A stretch of DNA of 52,445 bases from a virus (Duplodnaviria; Caudoviricetes), in IMG/VR virus record IMGVR_UViG_3300044630_000786, positions 1-52,445 of that record; one strand, 5' to 3'. Position 1 is the stretch's first letter; the number at the start of each line of letters is the position of its first letter. A model generated the notes under the pieces. The model worked only from the letters and a program-made list of their open reading frames with translations, had not been told where the DNA came from and did no database searches. Both the position numbers and the translations under genes were made by a program. Of the stretch, positions 18,011 to 27,794 are shown one piece after another.

Positions 18011-18949
18011 TTAAGCAGTCAACATGTATGTAGCGAGGTCTTTCCAATCATCGTTTGCAGCACGAACCTTGGAAACAGAGATCAGGGTACGGAGGGAGAT
18101 TTCCTTCACGTCATCCTTGATTTCACGAATCAGAGCCAACGCATCCTGAACGATGGTCTTATCATACTCAGGCAGAAACTCTTCAGCCATAGCGATGGTC
18201 TCCATACGCTCGATCTTCTGATCGGTGTTCATAGACAGGTCAATCATCATAGAACGACTACGGATGGCTTGGTCAATGCGACCTTCGTCCAGGTTAGAAA
18301 TAAAGATAACACGACCTTCAAAGTTGAAGCTACGTGGCAGGTCATCTTCACGCATATCAGCATTCCAGCTAATAATACGCTTACCGTAAGAGTCAAGAGC
18401 CGACTTCAGAATGTTCAACGCAACTGGGTCTTTCAGAACAGAGTCACAGTCATCAAACACGATGATACCCTTGTTGTTTTCAAACAGAGTGCGGTACAGA
18501 CCTTTCGGGGTAGAGTAACCCTTAACGAAAGTGAAGCATTTACGCATATTGATGATAGAACCGACCTGGAATTCAGCCAAGTCAGAGATGTCTTTATAGC
18601 CAGACTTCTCAAGAGTCTTAGTCACAGTATATGTCTTACCCAAACCACCTTCACCAGTGATCACAGCAGAGGGCTGAACACCAGAAGCAACCATGGTAAC
18701 CAGTTTTTCAACGAAGTCGAAACGCTGATTGATACCAAATTTCTCAGATTTCGGCTCAGCAGCAATGTTAGAACCCATAATCATGTCGAAGGACTTCTTG
18801 ATACCAGTCAACTTCTTGTAGTGAAACTCAACCACTTCCTCCAAACCACGACCAGTCTTGCCAGTACGGACAATCTTGTCACCAATGAAGATTTCAGAAC
18901 GACCAGTACGCTTTTCGGTATTGATTTTAATGGAGATTTGGTTAGACAT
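18011..18949 (-). CDS. AAA+ ATPase-like protein
   Basis: Walker A GEGGLGKT, Walker B IVFDDCD, FISN, AIRSR. Confidence 0.8.
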   Translation of the reverse strand: MSNQISIKINTEKRTGRSEIFIGDKIVRTGKTGRGLEEVVEFHYKKLTGIKKSFDMIMGSNIAAEPKSEKFGINQRFDFVEKLVTMVASGVQPSAVITGEGGLGKTYTVTKTLEKSGYKDISDLAEFQVGSIINMRKCFTFVKGYSTPKGLYRTLFENNKGIIVFDDCDSVLKDPVALNILKSALDSYGKRIISWNADMREDDLPRSFNFEGRVIFISNLDEGRIDQAIRSRSMMIDLSMNTDQKIERMETIAMAEEFLPEYDKTIVQDALALIREIKDDVKEISLRTLISVSKVRAANDDWKDLATYMLTA

Positions 18950-18985
18950 TTTCTTTTCCTTTACAATTTCTATCACAATAAGACA

Positions 18986-19052
18986 ATTATGCCTGAATTG
19001 TGAATTATTGTAAAGACATTTGTGTGAAAAACCCTACATTTTGTAGGGTTTT
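18986..19052 (-). promoter_or_regulatory. Early promoter with upstream stem-loop
   Basis: TTTACA-N17-CATAAT; AAAACCCTACA/TGTAGGGTTTT palindrome 19028-19052. Confidence 0.75.
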
Positions 19053-19092
19053 GGGGTCTCGAGGGCTGGATTTTACTGGATTTCTGGGATTT

Positions 19093-19380
19093 TTACTCAT
19101 CTGAGACCCAAAAATCCCCATCCACTACCTCGCCACCATGGTCCACTGGGGGTTTTATATGCCAGTCCAGGTCTCTACCCTTGGCATATTGCTGTAGCAT
19201 GTACTTATGTTCCTCGCCTTCGTCTGTCAGCATACGTTTTGCCTGTCCAGATGATAACTTATCTCGGTATGTGTCATCAAATGTGCGCTTATTACCACAT
19301 GAGCGAGAGCAGTATTGTCCTCTCTTACGGTGTTCTGTGCCACATGTGGGGCAGTTTTTCTTTCTGTAAACCCCAGCCAT
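19093..19380 (-). CDS. Zn-ribbon hypothetical protein
   Basis: CPTC...YCSRSC. Confidence 0.65.
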   Translation of the reverse strand: MAGVYRKKNCPTCGTEHRKRGQYCSRSCGNKRTFDDTYRDKLSSGQAKRMLTDEGEEHKYMLQQYAKGRDLDWHIKPPVDHGGEVVDGDFWVSDE

Positions 19381-19381
19381 T

Positions 19382-19699
19382 TCAGTTACGCATAAATAGC
19401 GATTTCCAAGACACGCGATCACTACCCTTCTCTGTCAACCCCACACCAAGAATACACGACACTTCTGGGTTCATCTTAAGCAATGTCCATGTTCCCTCTT
19501 TATCGTTTACCCATAGACTATACGTAGAGTAGTCATTTATATGGTTACCAGCCCAAGTCAGTTCCTCTTTGTAGTCTTCTCTTAGACTATTCATTAATGT
19601 TTGTGTATCATCACATGGTATTGTATAGTCATATTCAAAGGGAGCAGCATGTATGCTTAGACTATAAGTAAGCAGGGTAAGGATTAGTAGTTTTTTCAT
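19382..19699 (-). CDS. Secreted hypothetical protein
   Basis: Signal-peptide-like MKKLLILTLL; SCILGVG. Confidence 0.6.
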   Translation of the reverse strand: MKKLLILTLLTYSLSIHAAPFEYDYTIPCDDTQTLMNSLREDYKEELTWAGNHINDYSTYSLWVNDKEGTWTLLKMNPEVSCILGVGLTEKGSDRVSWKSLFMRN

Positions 19700-19909
19700 T
19701 CCCGTATTCCCCTTAGAGTTTTTCATAGACAGTTAGATATTCCCGCATGTCCAATATGAGTAATCTTACCTGTTCTGAATCCATGTATTCTGGATTGAAT
19801 AGACCTCCATTGGTCAGGTAGTCTTCGATTCTCATTAGGATTATAGACCTCTTGCGATTCTTTGTAAATTCTAAGAATCCTCTATCATCGAAGGGTACTG
19901 TTGTGTCCT

Positions 19910-20107
19910 CTACCATGATTCGTGTCCCCAGATTTCGACTCTGAATTCCCCTTCGAGATCGTTAACTGTAGTTGGAAGTATCATGTGGCCAGTCGTGCCT
20001 ATGCCAGAGTGGGCGATTATCTCTAGTTCAAAGCTACCTGCATTTGGAAACTTCTCAAGGACTTCAAGGATTTTATAGATGTCCTCTCGGTGGAAGTGTT
20101 GTTTCAT
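19910..20107 (-). CDS. Hypothetical protein
   Basis: ORF packing; SGIG motif. Confidence 0.55.
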   Translation of the reverse strand: MKQHFHREDIYKILEVLEKFPNAGSFELEIIAHSGIGTTGHMILPTTVNDLEGEFRVEIWGHESW

Positions 20108-20109
20108 GG

Positions 20110-20316
20110 CTACTCACAATCGGTGACCCAGACGGTCTTTCGTACTGGATCTTTGTTTTCCTTGGCTGGAATATCCATCCATCGATGGGCTTCCTCTTCG
20201 CTATTAAAGTATGGGCTGACGATTCGTTTCTCCGAGCTTACCCAGAAGTATGTATAGGTTGGCATTCCTGCATCCCTGTATTTTACAAGTTCATAGGTAA
20301 ACACGGTGTTACTCAT
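20110..20316 (-). CDS. Hypothetical protein
   Basis: GGAG RBS. Confidence 0.55.
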   Translation of the reverse strand: MSNTVFTYELVKYRDAGMPTYTYFWVSSEKRIVSPYFNSEEEAHRWMDIPAKENKDPVRKTVWVTDCE

Positions 20317-20452
20317 TGTATGGCTCCACTGAAATTAGATAGTAGCCCAACTCAGCTGCGAACTGATTGGCTACGTGTAAGTTTGCAAATACTTTGAAGT
20401 GTTCGGTACTTGATCCTTTGATTCGATATGTAACTTTGTACATGGCTTTCTC

Positions 20453-20635
20453 CTACATATGGCCAATGAAAATACAATTGGCACTTAGTCTATAATTGTC
20501 AATGTGAATGGCTTTGGTGATTTGTTCCTTTGCCTTCAGGCATTGTTCCTGAGATCCAAACTTGGCGCTGATGCTACCCTTGCTAGTATGTGCACTAGGA
20601 ATAGTACTGAACAACGCAATCACCAATACCCACAT
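20453..20635 (-). CDS. Small secreted hypothetical protein
   Basis: MWVLVIAL...C...C; GGAG RBS. Confidence 0.55.
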   Translation of the reverse strand: MWVLVIALFSTIPSAHTSKGSISAKFGSQEQCLKAKEQITKAIHIDNYRLSANCIFIGHM

Positions 20636-20644
20636 TTCTATCTC

Positions 20645-21751
20645 CTAGAAAGCCAGCCAGTTGTAACTTTGTGTTCGCTCACGCTTCAATGTCACAATCA
20701 CACCCTCATTGTTAGCATAGGTAAATTCCCCTGTCACATTGTCCACACGCTTAATATCATTGGGTGTGAAGCGAACATTGTGCCAGTCACCATCCTCGTC
20801 AACGTCACTTTCCATCATCTCGTTGGCGACCACAGCCAATCCTGTAATTGCATTGGCAGTTTTCATCCAGTACTCAACATTGACCACATCAGTCAATGGG
20901 TTACCTCGCCACTTCTTTTCCCAGTTTTTAGGTGGCTGACCCATGATAGAAACTGCTACATCGAACACGTCTTTGCTGGCATATTCTGGCTTGGCATTCA
21001 GCATTCTTAGTGCTTCGGTTGGACTCTCATTATATCTATTCATTTCCTCAACTAATGCCTTCAGCATGTCGAAGTTGAAGGAATCAAACATTACGGCAAT
21101 ATTGATAATCCGCTCGATGTGTTCCTTTTCTTTTAGATTATCCTCACAGTACTCACGAATAAATTCTGCTTCTAAACCTTTGAAGTCCAGCATGTAGTAG
21201 ATCCGTCCTGGACGATTACGCATATGCTCATTGACTCGCCACTTATCATTACAGGTGATAATGAACAGTTTCTTGGAAGGGAACACACCATCCAACAGCG
21301 TCAATGCTGCTTCCTGATGGTCGCTGTCATAAACCTTCTCAAACTCATCAAAGAGAATAATGCAGGGCTGCTCAATATCTTGCAAAAACTTATTAAACAC
21401 ATCACCAACGTATGGGTGATTGATAATGATTGTAGGGATAGCCCACTGGTCTGCTGCGTTCAAAGACAGAACCTTTGCAAGTAATGTCTTACCACTGCCC
21501 TTCTCGCCATTCAACATCACACCTGTACTGTTTGGGCGATCAAGGAATGTACTAAGAATTTTCTTAGCATTCTTTTCGGTGTCGCCATACAGCTTGGTTG
21601 GGCGAGGGAAGGTATCAACCATCTCTAGGAACAGATTGCCATACATATCTTCCTTGATAGTATAGTTCCCTACTGGTAGCGTCTGGTGAAGGTCTACTGA
21701 TTCTTCAGAAGCAACTTTCCAAGTGTTACCGTTACGCAAAAAATAAGACAT
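20645..21751 (-). CDS. AAA+ ATPase
   Basis: GEKGSGKT, ILFDEFEK, NRPGRI. Confidence 0.88.
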   Translation of the reverse strand: MSYFLRNGNTWKVASEESVDLHQTLPVGNYTIKEDMYGNLFLEMVDTFPRPTKLYGDTEKNAKKILSTFLDRPNSTGVMLNGEKGSGKTLLAKVLSLNAADQWAIPTIIINHPYVGDVFNKFLQDIEQPCIILFDEFEKVYDSDHQEAALTLLDGVFPSKKLFIITCNDKWRVNEHMRNRPGRIYYMLDFKGLEAEFIREYCEDNLKEKEHIERIINIAVMFDSFNFDMLKALVEEMNRYNESPTEALRMLNAKPEYASKDVFDVAVSIMGQPPKNWEKKWRGNPLTDVVNVEYWMKTANAITGLAVVANEMMESDVDEDGDWHNVRFTPNDIKRVDNVTGEFTYANNEGVIVTLKRERTQSYNWLAF

Positions 21752-21794
21752 TACAACTCCATAAAAAAAGGGATAAAACTCAACTCGGTAACCA

Positions 21795-21823
21795 ATTATA
21801 CACCCATTAGGTATATAAGTAAA
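21795..21823 (-). promoter_or_regulatory. Early promoter
   Basis: TTTACT-N17-TATAAT. Confidence 0.7.
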
Positions 21824-21827
21824 GTTG

Positions 21828-22037
21828 CTAATCAGACTTCCAAGCCCAGTGTAGTATGGTCCAGTCGTCTATACAATCTTGCTTGGAATAGTTTGCATCT
21901 ACGTGTTCTTTTCCAAACTTCTCACACATCTTTCCGTACCAGTAATTCCAATACTGATTTAGAATGTCGTCTTCGGACAGCGTTTCATAGACTGTCTCGT
22001 CTTTCTCATTGGGATAGCATATAGTCCAGTAATTCAT
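21828..22037 (-). CDS. Hypothetical protein
   Basis: Trp-rich ORF in operon. Confidence 0.6.
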   Translation of the reverse strand: MNYWTICYPNEKDETVYETLSEDDILNQYWNYWYGKMCEKFGKEHVDANYSKQDCIDDWTILHWAWKSD

Positions 22038-22212
22038 TTGCTTCTTGCTAGGTTTAAAAAATCTATAATCTTTGGTATGGCTTTGCCATCAAAACTTACA
22101 AAGACTTTCTGAGGATCGTAATTGTGTAGCTGCATTCTTACAATGTTTTTATCGCTTTGGTAATACAGCGTGATGTACTTCCTACCATCCTCAGTAAAAA
22201 TCGTTTCTTGCA

Positions 22213-22428
22213 TTAACCACCTCGCCCTGCTGCTTTCTTCATTGGCTTATTGCTTGCGATGCGATTCATTGCATTCTTCACCAACCTGTTTGCAAGAGAT
22301 TTATCAAATCCCTGCTGCTCTAACTTCTTACGTGCTTTCTTCTTGCTCTTCTTAAGCAACATGGCACGTTTCAGTGGACTTAATTCCTCAACAATCTCTA
22401 CTGCTTGCTGTTCGTTTTCTTCGTTCAT
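22213..22428 (-). CDS. Basic hypothetical protein
   Basis: AAGGAG RBS. Confidence 0.6.
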   Translation of the reverse strand: MNEENEQQAVEIVEELSPLKRAMLLKKSKKKARKKLEQQGFDKSLANRLVKNAMNRIASNKPMKKAAGRGG

Positions 22429-22616
22429 TTGTTCTCCTTTACATTACGATGTTTGTTAAATTGTTCTAATGCTTCAAAGGCATCATCCTCATACTTGGCT
22501 TGGTCAATCTCTTCTGGTGTTTTCTTACGGAAGATTGCATCATAGCGATCCCCATACTCTTTTGAACTGATTTTTGACTGAATTGAATCGCCTGTGATAT
22601 CGTTCTTTGCTACCAT
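22425..22616 (-). CDS. Hypothetical protein
   Basis: AKNDITGD...YDAIF. Confidence 0.6.
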   Translation of the reverse strand: MVAKNDITGDSIQSKISSKEYGDRYDAIFRKKTPEEIDQAKYEDDAFEALEQFNKHRNVKENK

Positions 22617-23800
22617 AGTTCTTTCCTCACTTCTATGATTTGAGAAGCACACTTACCTCCAAAACCAAAGCTGTTGTTCAGTGTGCGTAAGACCAACTGC
22701 TCCGTATCCGTAAAGTATTTGTTCTCACGGACTACACACTGTAGGTGCTCATCGTCCATTGTGAGTTTCTTAGAATTATGTACGTGTGGGATAATTCCCT
22801 TTCTCATTGACTCGATAGCATAGATCGTTTCAATGATACCTGCGCCAGCAAGTGTATGTCCAATCTTAGACTTGGGCGCATAGATCGGTACGTTTCCAAA
22901 ATAACTGGTAATAGTATCATACTCAATCACATCACCCACTGGTGTGCTAGTAGCATGCGCTGACACAGCATTGAACATAGGTTTACCCATAGTGGCTTTC
23001 TCTAGTGCTAGTCGTGCACCACGTCCATCCTGCGCTGGTGATGTTTGATCAAATGCGTCACTAGCCAGTCCAGCTGGATAAAGTGTAGCGTAAGCTGTTG
23101 CGCCATATTTCTGTAGACTCTTTTCTGATGCTAGGATTAATACACCAGCCCCATCACCCATGACAAATCCTTCACGTTCGTCATCGAATGGTTTGCTATG
23201 ATTACCCAACGCACCAATAGCATTGAAGTATTTTAGTGCTACCTTGAATGTGCCAGCGTCACCTGCTCCACAAACAACATAGTCATACTCATCGAGTAAA
23301 CGCATGCAGTAGTCGATAGTCAAAATACCTGTAGCACATGAAGCAAAGAGCGATGTGCTTACACCCATAAATTGCCAGTAGCTGCTGATGTGTGCGCATG
23401 CCATGTCTGGTATACGATTGACTACCACACGTGGATTGATTCGTTTGTTGGAAATTAACCTTGGAAATGATTCTTCCAAAGTTTCAGTATCATTCGAGCA
23501 TGTCGAAAATAATACTGCTACGTTAGACGATGGTGGTAAACCTGCCATGTCTAGTGCTTGCTTTGTGACATGCATTGCCATACGCTGGAGTTTGGTTGTG
23601 CCTTTGGTATCCCAACCCTCAGGTAGTATAAGATTCTGTTCGTCAACTACATAGCCAAGATGAATCTTATGATTCTCTTCTACCATGTGCGGTAGTTCGC
23701 TGCTGTAATCATTATCATCTAGCATGCGAGCGAAGCATTCACTAGGATTATTACCTAGTGCATCAATCAGCCCATAGCCAACCACATATGCATTTTCCAT
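22610..23800 (-). CDS. fabF: Beta-ketoacyl-ACP synthase II-like condensing enzyme
   Basis: ASCATG, PFD..REGFVMGDGAG, HATSTPVGD, KSKIGHTL, NSFGFGG (Cys-His-His triad). Confidence 0.9.
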   Translation of the reverse strand: MENAYVVGYGLIDALGNNPSECFARMLDDNDYSSELPHMVEENHKIHLGYVVDEQNLILPEGWDTKGTTKLQRMAMHVTKQALDMAGLPPSSNVAVLFSTCSNDTETLEESFPRLISNKRINPRVVVNRIPDMACAHISSYWQFMGVSTSLFASCATGILTIDYCMRLLDEYDYVVCGAGDAGTFKVALKYFNAIGALGNHSKPFDDEREGFVMGDGAGVLILASEKSLQKYGATAYATLYPAGLASDAFDQTSPAQDGRGARLALEKATMGKPMFNAVSAHATSTPVGDVIEYDTITSYFGNVPIYAPKSKIGHTLAGAGIIETIYAIESMRKGIIPHVHNSKKLTMDDEHLQCVVRENKYFTDTEQLVLRTLNNSFGFGGKCASQIIEVRKELW

Positions 23801-24369
23801 TATGATTCCTCAATCAAATCGCCCAATAAATTTATAGCATCATCCCAATCAAGTTCACCATTCTCATACTTCCATGTAAGAGAAAGTGCTTTTCTGTGAC
23901 TGTTAGTTCTGTTCTTCATACCATGCGGTATGCCAATGTTTACCAGCGTTGGTTGTTGTACTTCAACTTCTGCTAGAAAATCTACTTCGTCTTCTGTCCA
24001 CCCAAGAGCATATGGTGTTGTTGTTATTCCATAGGCATCTTTCTGCGCTGATGGATCAACTACCTTTGCTTCCTCGCTTTTAGGTTTCCACCACTGCATC
24101 ACTGAACCCTTTTCTTCACAGTATGCCCAGTTGATAGCCACATTATTATTTAATGCTATGCCATCTACGTGAATACCAAGTTCAAATCCAGGAGGAGAAC
24201 AAAACACATCAGCGTTTTTAATTCGTATACCACGACTATACATAAACTCAATCAATTCAGGATTGATGTAACTTGTATTTATTGGTACATGACCTTTCTC
24301 TGGTAACTGACTCATTAGAGATAGATCTAGTACAGGTGGTATTGTTAATTTAAGGTGTTTGTAATACAT
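23800..24369 (-). CDS. Cupin/2OG-Fe(II)-like protein, paralogue 1
   Basis: IHVD...INW...LVNIGIPH...R. Confidence 0.6.
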   Translation of the reverse strand: MYYKHLKLTIPPVLDLSLMSQLPEKGHVPINTSYINPELIEFMYSRGIRIKNADVFCSPPGFELGIHVDGIALNNNVAINWAYCEEKGSVMQWWKPKSEEAKVVDPSAQKDAYGITTTPYALGWTEDEVDFLAEVEVQQPTLVNIGIPHGMKNRTNSHRKALSLTWKYENGELDWDDAINLLGDLIEES

Positions 24370-24904
24370 AGCCCATTGTCATTTCTTTTCCATCAGAAGT
24401 AAAAGGTATAAAGGAAATGCATACACGATGACTTGTTGTAGTAACACCGTGTGGTATACCCACATTAACTTGGGCTACCTTTATCGTTTCGCTGTGCACC
24501 TTGTCAACCTCATCAAACTTAAACCAGTAATGCGCAGGGTTTTCGATTGATGATTTATTATCATAAGATGTATATATTGTTCGCTCCGCAGCATTCCATT
24601 TTTCTGTTGGTTCATACCAATCCATTGTGTGTGATTGTTCGCTGAAGGCAAAATTTATCTTAGCATAATCACCAAAGTAAGCATCGTCACAGTGCGGTGG
24701 CATTGTATAATTGGGTGGACAACAGAATACTTCTATCTCATAGTAGGGTAGATTGTTATGTTGTAAAAATGTTTTCATCTCTTCTGATGCCTTATCAGAA
24801 TCGATGCTATACTTTACGTATCTATCTTTAGGTAGCGTGTCAATCCATGACATATCCTTTAATGGATCAAACTGTATATTTAAATGTTTACAGTACGTAG
24901 TCAC
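24350..24904 (-). CDS. Cupin/2OG-Fe(II)-like protein, paralogue 2
   Basis: PHCD...KINF...VNVGIPH...R. Confidence 0.6.
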   Translation of the reverse strand: MTTYCKHLNIQFDPLKDMSWIDTLPKDRYVKYSIDSDKASEEMKTFLQHNNLPYYEIEVFCCPPNYTMPPHCDDAYFGDYAKINFAFSEQSHTMDWYEPTEKWNAAERTIYTSYDNKSSIENPAHYWFKFDEVDKVHSETIKVAQVNVGIPHGVTTTSHRVCISFIPFTSDGKEMTMGYVLQTP

Positions 24905-25481
24905 GTAGCACTTCCTTTAATTCATCATACTGTATACCCCAATCTTTTAATTGTGGTACAGTTCCTTTTTTAAAAACAGTAACAGAAATGCTTTTACGTG
25001 GATGCGTTGTTGTTATAACACTATGTGGTTGACCAGAGCAAACTGCAGTTGGATTATGTAACGTGCATCTATCTATCTCATCAACTTCTTCTGGTTCAAA
25101 CACAAAACTATAATCATCTAAGACGCCATCGTCTTGTTGTTCTGCTGTTGATTTTCTATCCCAATTACTTTTCGGTTTGAACCATGTATTATAATGCTCT
25201 CCGTCAGAATATGCCCAATTCAGTTTACACTTCTCTTGGAAATATTCACCATCAACATGTATCTGCAGTTGATAGTTTGCTGGCATAGAAAATACTTCAC
25301 CATCAAAAATATACAAACCAACTGAGTCCAACCATTCTTTTAATTCATCAGAGAAATATCCATTAGGAATATTTACGTGGCATTCTTCTGGTAATGTATC
25401 AAACCAAAGTTGCCCAATTTCTGATAGTGGGTGCTTTACTGGTACATCTTTTAAATGGAAGTAGTATCTTGACATATACAA
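24888..25481 (-). CDS. Cupin/2OG-Fe(II)-like protein, paralogue 3
   Basis: IHVD...KLNW...GQPH...R. Confidence 0.6.
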   Translation of the reverse strand: MYMSRYYFHLKDVPVKHPLSEIGQLWFDTLPEECHVNIPNGYFSDELKEWLDSVGLYIFDGEVFSMPANYQLQIHVDGEYFQEKCKLNWAYSDGEHYNTWFKPKSNWDRKSTAEQQDDGVLDDYSFVFEPEEVDEIDRCTLHNPTAVCSGQPHSVITTTHPRKSISVTVFKKGTVPQLKDWGIQYDELKEVLRDYVL

Positions 25482-26071
25482 TCCTTGAATATCTCTACAG
25501 CTTCATCCCACTGTAAAAATGGAACAACCGTATTATCATCTATATGGTCTGGTACTTCGCTTTGTTTGACCATGACAAGAGAAATACATATTCTTGCTTC
25601 ATTAGTCATGTTGACTACGTTATGTGGCTTACCCACATTGACTAATGATGGTGTTGCTATTTCGTGCTCATAAACCATAGTAGTATAGTCTGGTAGCCAG
25701 TTGCGATATAAACCACCAGCATTACCACGTATCTGCGAATCTTCTTCCTTAGCATCAAACCAACACATTTTATTGTATCCTGTGCCAATACAGTAGGAAA
25801 AGTTCATCTTAGTAGCATTATCAAATACATCGTGCTGGTCAATATGTATGTGCATTACATATTGTGGTGGCTGTATAAAAATATCATAGTATGGAATGTG
25901 TATACCCCTCTCCTTAAACCACTGTAGTAAATGTGGATTTAAGCCAGAGGGAGGTAGGTCGGTATGATGCCATGTTGACCTAACAGTTTTGTCAGGTCGT
26001 GGTAAAGCATCAAATTGTTCTTTTGATGCTAGAGGATAATCCCATGGAATTTTTAGGTCGGTTGCGTACAA
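25451..26071 (-). CDS. Cupin/2OG-Fe(II)-like protein, paralogue 4
   Basis: IHID...KMNF...LVNVGKPH...R. Confidence 0.6.
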   Translation of the reverse strand: MYATDLKIPWDYPLASKEQFDALPRPDKTVRSTWHHTDLPPSGLNPHLLQWFKERGIHIPYYDIFIQPPQYVMHIHIDQHDVFDNATKMNFSYCIGTGYNKMCWFDAKEEDSQIRGNAGGLYRNWLPDYTTMVYEHEIATPSLVNVGKPHNVVNMTNEARICISLVMVKQSEVPDHIDDNTVVPFLQWDEAVEIFKDCICQDTTSI

Positions 26072-26673
26072 AGTATTTCCTTCGCACCATCAAACGTCAT
26101 ACCATTTACTGCAGGAAGAATTTTACTGCTTTCATCTATACCAATAGTAAATAGTTTTGCTCTTGCTTCGCTGGTTACTTTTAGTGTGTGAGGTATACCA
26201 GCATTCACCAAAACAGCTTCACCTGCTTGTATAATTTCTGATCCAGCAACTTTTAGAACATCTGGGTTTACTACCCATCCTGTTGGTGGATCATTCCATT
26301 TAGATTCTTCATAGTCGCCTGGATTTACTAACAAGTTATCTTGATTTTCTACACCTAATGGTTCAACAATATCATACCATGTATATTCGACAGGAACATC
26401 ATATACCCAAATTAACTTTGCGTGGTTATCTATCTCGCACCATGGTGCATCAACAAATAATGGTGGGGATTTTTGTGAGAATACAGTTAGCATGTTGCAG
26501 CTGATTGGCTTTAGACCAGCTGTATCTAACCATTGTAAAACATCGTTAGAGAGATGATGTCTCAATAATTTTATAGAATTATATTCATCTCCGAACTTGT
26601 CCCAGTCAACTTTCGATGACCAAGGATTGAATGATGGGAGATTTAGTTTCAGTAACATATAGTACCTTTTCAA
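26053..26673 (-). CDS. Cupin-like protein, paralogue 5 (first metal His replaced by Phe)
   Basis: LFVD...AKLIW...LVNAGIPH. Confidence 0.55.
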   Translation of the reverse strand: MKRYYMLLKLNLPSFNPWSSKVDWDKFGDEYNSIKLLRHHLSNDVLQWLDTAGLKPISCNMLTVFSQKSPPLFVDAPWCEIDNHAKLIWVYDVPVEYTWYDIVEPLGVENQDNLLVNPGDYEESKWNDPPTGWVVNPDVLKVAGSEIIQAGEAVLVNAGIPHTLKVTSEARAKLFTIGIDESSKILPAVNGMTFDGAKEILCTQPT

Positions 26674-26693
26674 TTGATAGTATATGTATTTAG

Positions 26694-26768
26694 TGGCACG
26701 GCATGGAGGAATCGAACCACCATTCTGAGTTTAGAAGACTCATGTCCTATCCGTTGAACGAATGCCGT
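26694..26768 (-). tRNA. tRNA-Arg(TCT)
   Basis: Cloverleaf, loop CT-TCT-AA, encoded CCA. Confidence 0.92.
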
Positions 26769-26773
26769 ATTAT

Positions 26774-26856
26774 TGGTGCCCCAAGAGAGACTCGAACTCT
26801 CACGCACTAGGCACTGGCTTCTAAGACCAGCGTGTCTACCATTCCACCATCGGGGC
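26774..26856 (-). tRNA. tRNA-Leu(TAG)
   Basis: Cloverleaf with variable arm, CCA. Confidence 0.95.
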
Positions 26857-26857
26857 A

Positions 26858-26989
26858 TTATCTAGTAATTTTTCGTAGCAACTTATACCAGTAATATTTG
26901 AAACCTCTAACAATCTCGAAGTCAAAGTGTAGGTTCACCTCTCTAGGTATAGAACCATATACTTTATCGAGTGTATCTTTAGGTTTCAT
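26858..26989 (-). CDS. 43-aa hypothetical protein
   Basis: MKPKDTLDKVYGSIPREV... immediately follows the rpsU stop. Confidence 0.45.
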   Translation of the reverse strand: MKPKDTLDKVYGSIPREVNLHFDFEIVRGFKYYWYKLLRKITR

Positions 26990-27253
26990 CTAATACATTT
27001 TCTTTTGTAGTTTCTGTGAAGATAATTTCTTTAACCATCTTTTCCTAGCAGAGTTCTTTGCGATTTTTCTTTTCACTGATGGTTTGACATACTCTTGTCG
27101 TTCTTTTACTTCTTGAAGCAACTTAGCATTTTCTACCTTGCGCTTCAACTGTCGTAACGCTTTTTCTATATTACCATCACATTCAACAGCCAATCCAAAT
27201 TTCTTTTCTCTCTTAGGTTTTCTGGTTTTTATCAAATTATCTCCCTTTCGCAA
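26990..27253 (-). CDS. rpsU: Ribosomal protein bS21 (start uncertain)
   Basis: NIEKALRQLKRKV...EVKERQEYVKPSVKRK...ARKR. Confidence 0.88.
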   Translation of the reverse strand: MRKGDNLIKTRKPKREKKFGLAVECDGNIEKALRQLKRKVENAKLLQEVKERQEYVKPSVKRKIAKNSARKRWLKKLSSQKLQKKMY

Positions 27254-27276
27254 TTTATAGTTAAACTTTTATTTAT

Positions 27277-27351
27277 TGGTGGTGACAATAGGATTTGAAC
27301 CTATGACCTGTTCCGTATGAAGGAAATGCACTACCACTGTGCTATGTCACC
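27277..27351 (-). tRNA. tRNA-Met/Ile2(CAT)
   Basis: Loop TT-CAT-AC, G1-C72. Confidence 0.88.
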
Positions 27352-27353
27352 AA

Positions 27354-27427
27354 TGGAGCGGAATATCGGAATCGAACCGATGACTGAAGTTTGGAAGACT
27401 GCCGTTTTACCATTAAACTAATCCCGC
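27354..27427 (-). tRNA. tRNA-Gly(TCC)
   Basis: Cloverleaf, U73, CCA. Confidence 0.92.
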
Positions 27428-27436
27428 AATGTCATT

Positions 27437-27465
27437 ATTATACAGTAGAAATATCTTAAAGTAAA
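27437..27465 (-). promoter_or_regulatory. Internal promoter in tRNA array
   Basis: TTTACT-N17-TATAAT. Confidence 0.7.
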
Positions 27466-27479
27466 GTATTTCCAATATT

Positions 27480-27554
27480 TGGTGGACCGTGGGAGAGTCG
27501 AACTCCCTACTCCTGCGTGCAAAGCAGGTGTGTTCCCAATTATACCAACAGCCC
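27480..27554 (-). tRNA. tRNA-Ala(TGC)
   Basis: G3.U70, CCA. Confidence 0.93.
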
Positions 27555-27560
27555 AAAATT

Positions 27561-27635
27561 TGGTGCTCGGTGAGAGGGTTGAACTCCCGACCTCTTCCTT
27601 GTAAGGGAAGCACTCTACCACTGAGTTAACCGAGC
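27561..27635 (-). tRNA. tRNA-Val(TAC)
   Basis: Canonical cloverleaf. Confidence 0.95.
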
Positions 27636-27641
27636 ATGATG

Positions 27642-27715
27642 TGGTAGGGGTACTAGGTAATGCTCCTAGTTTTACTGGTTAAAAGCCAGTTACTTCACTT
27701 TAAAGTTTTACCCCC
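27642..27715 (-). tRNA. tRNA-Lys(TTT), non-canonical D and T loops
   Basis: Intact acceptor, anticodon and T stems and CCA; T-loop AGCATTA; D-loop lacks GG. Confidence 0.75.
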
Positions 27716-27716
27716 A

Positions 27717-27794
27717 TGGTCTCGGTGGTAGGATTCGAACCTACGACCCTCTGCTCCCAAAGCAGATGCGCTAACCAGACTGCGCTACACCGAG
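27717..27794 (-). tRNA. tRNA-Pro(TGG)
   Basis: Canonical. Confidence 0.95.

Noticed and set aside
17999-19003. 334-aa plus-strand ORF
   Set aside because: Antisense shadow of the AAA ATPase gene; no motifs or RBS
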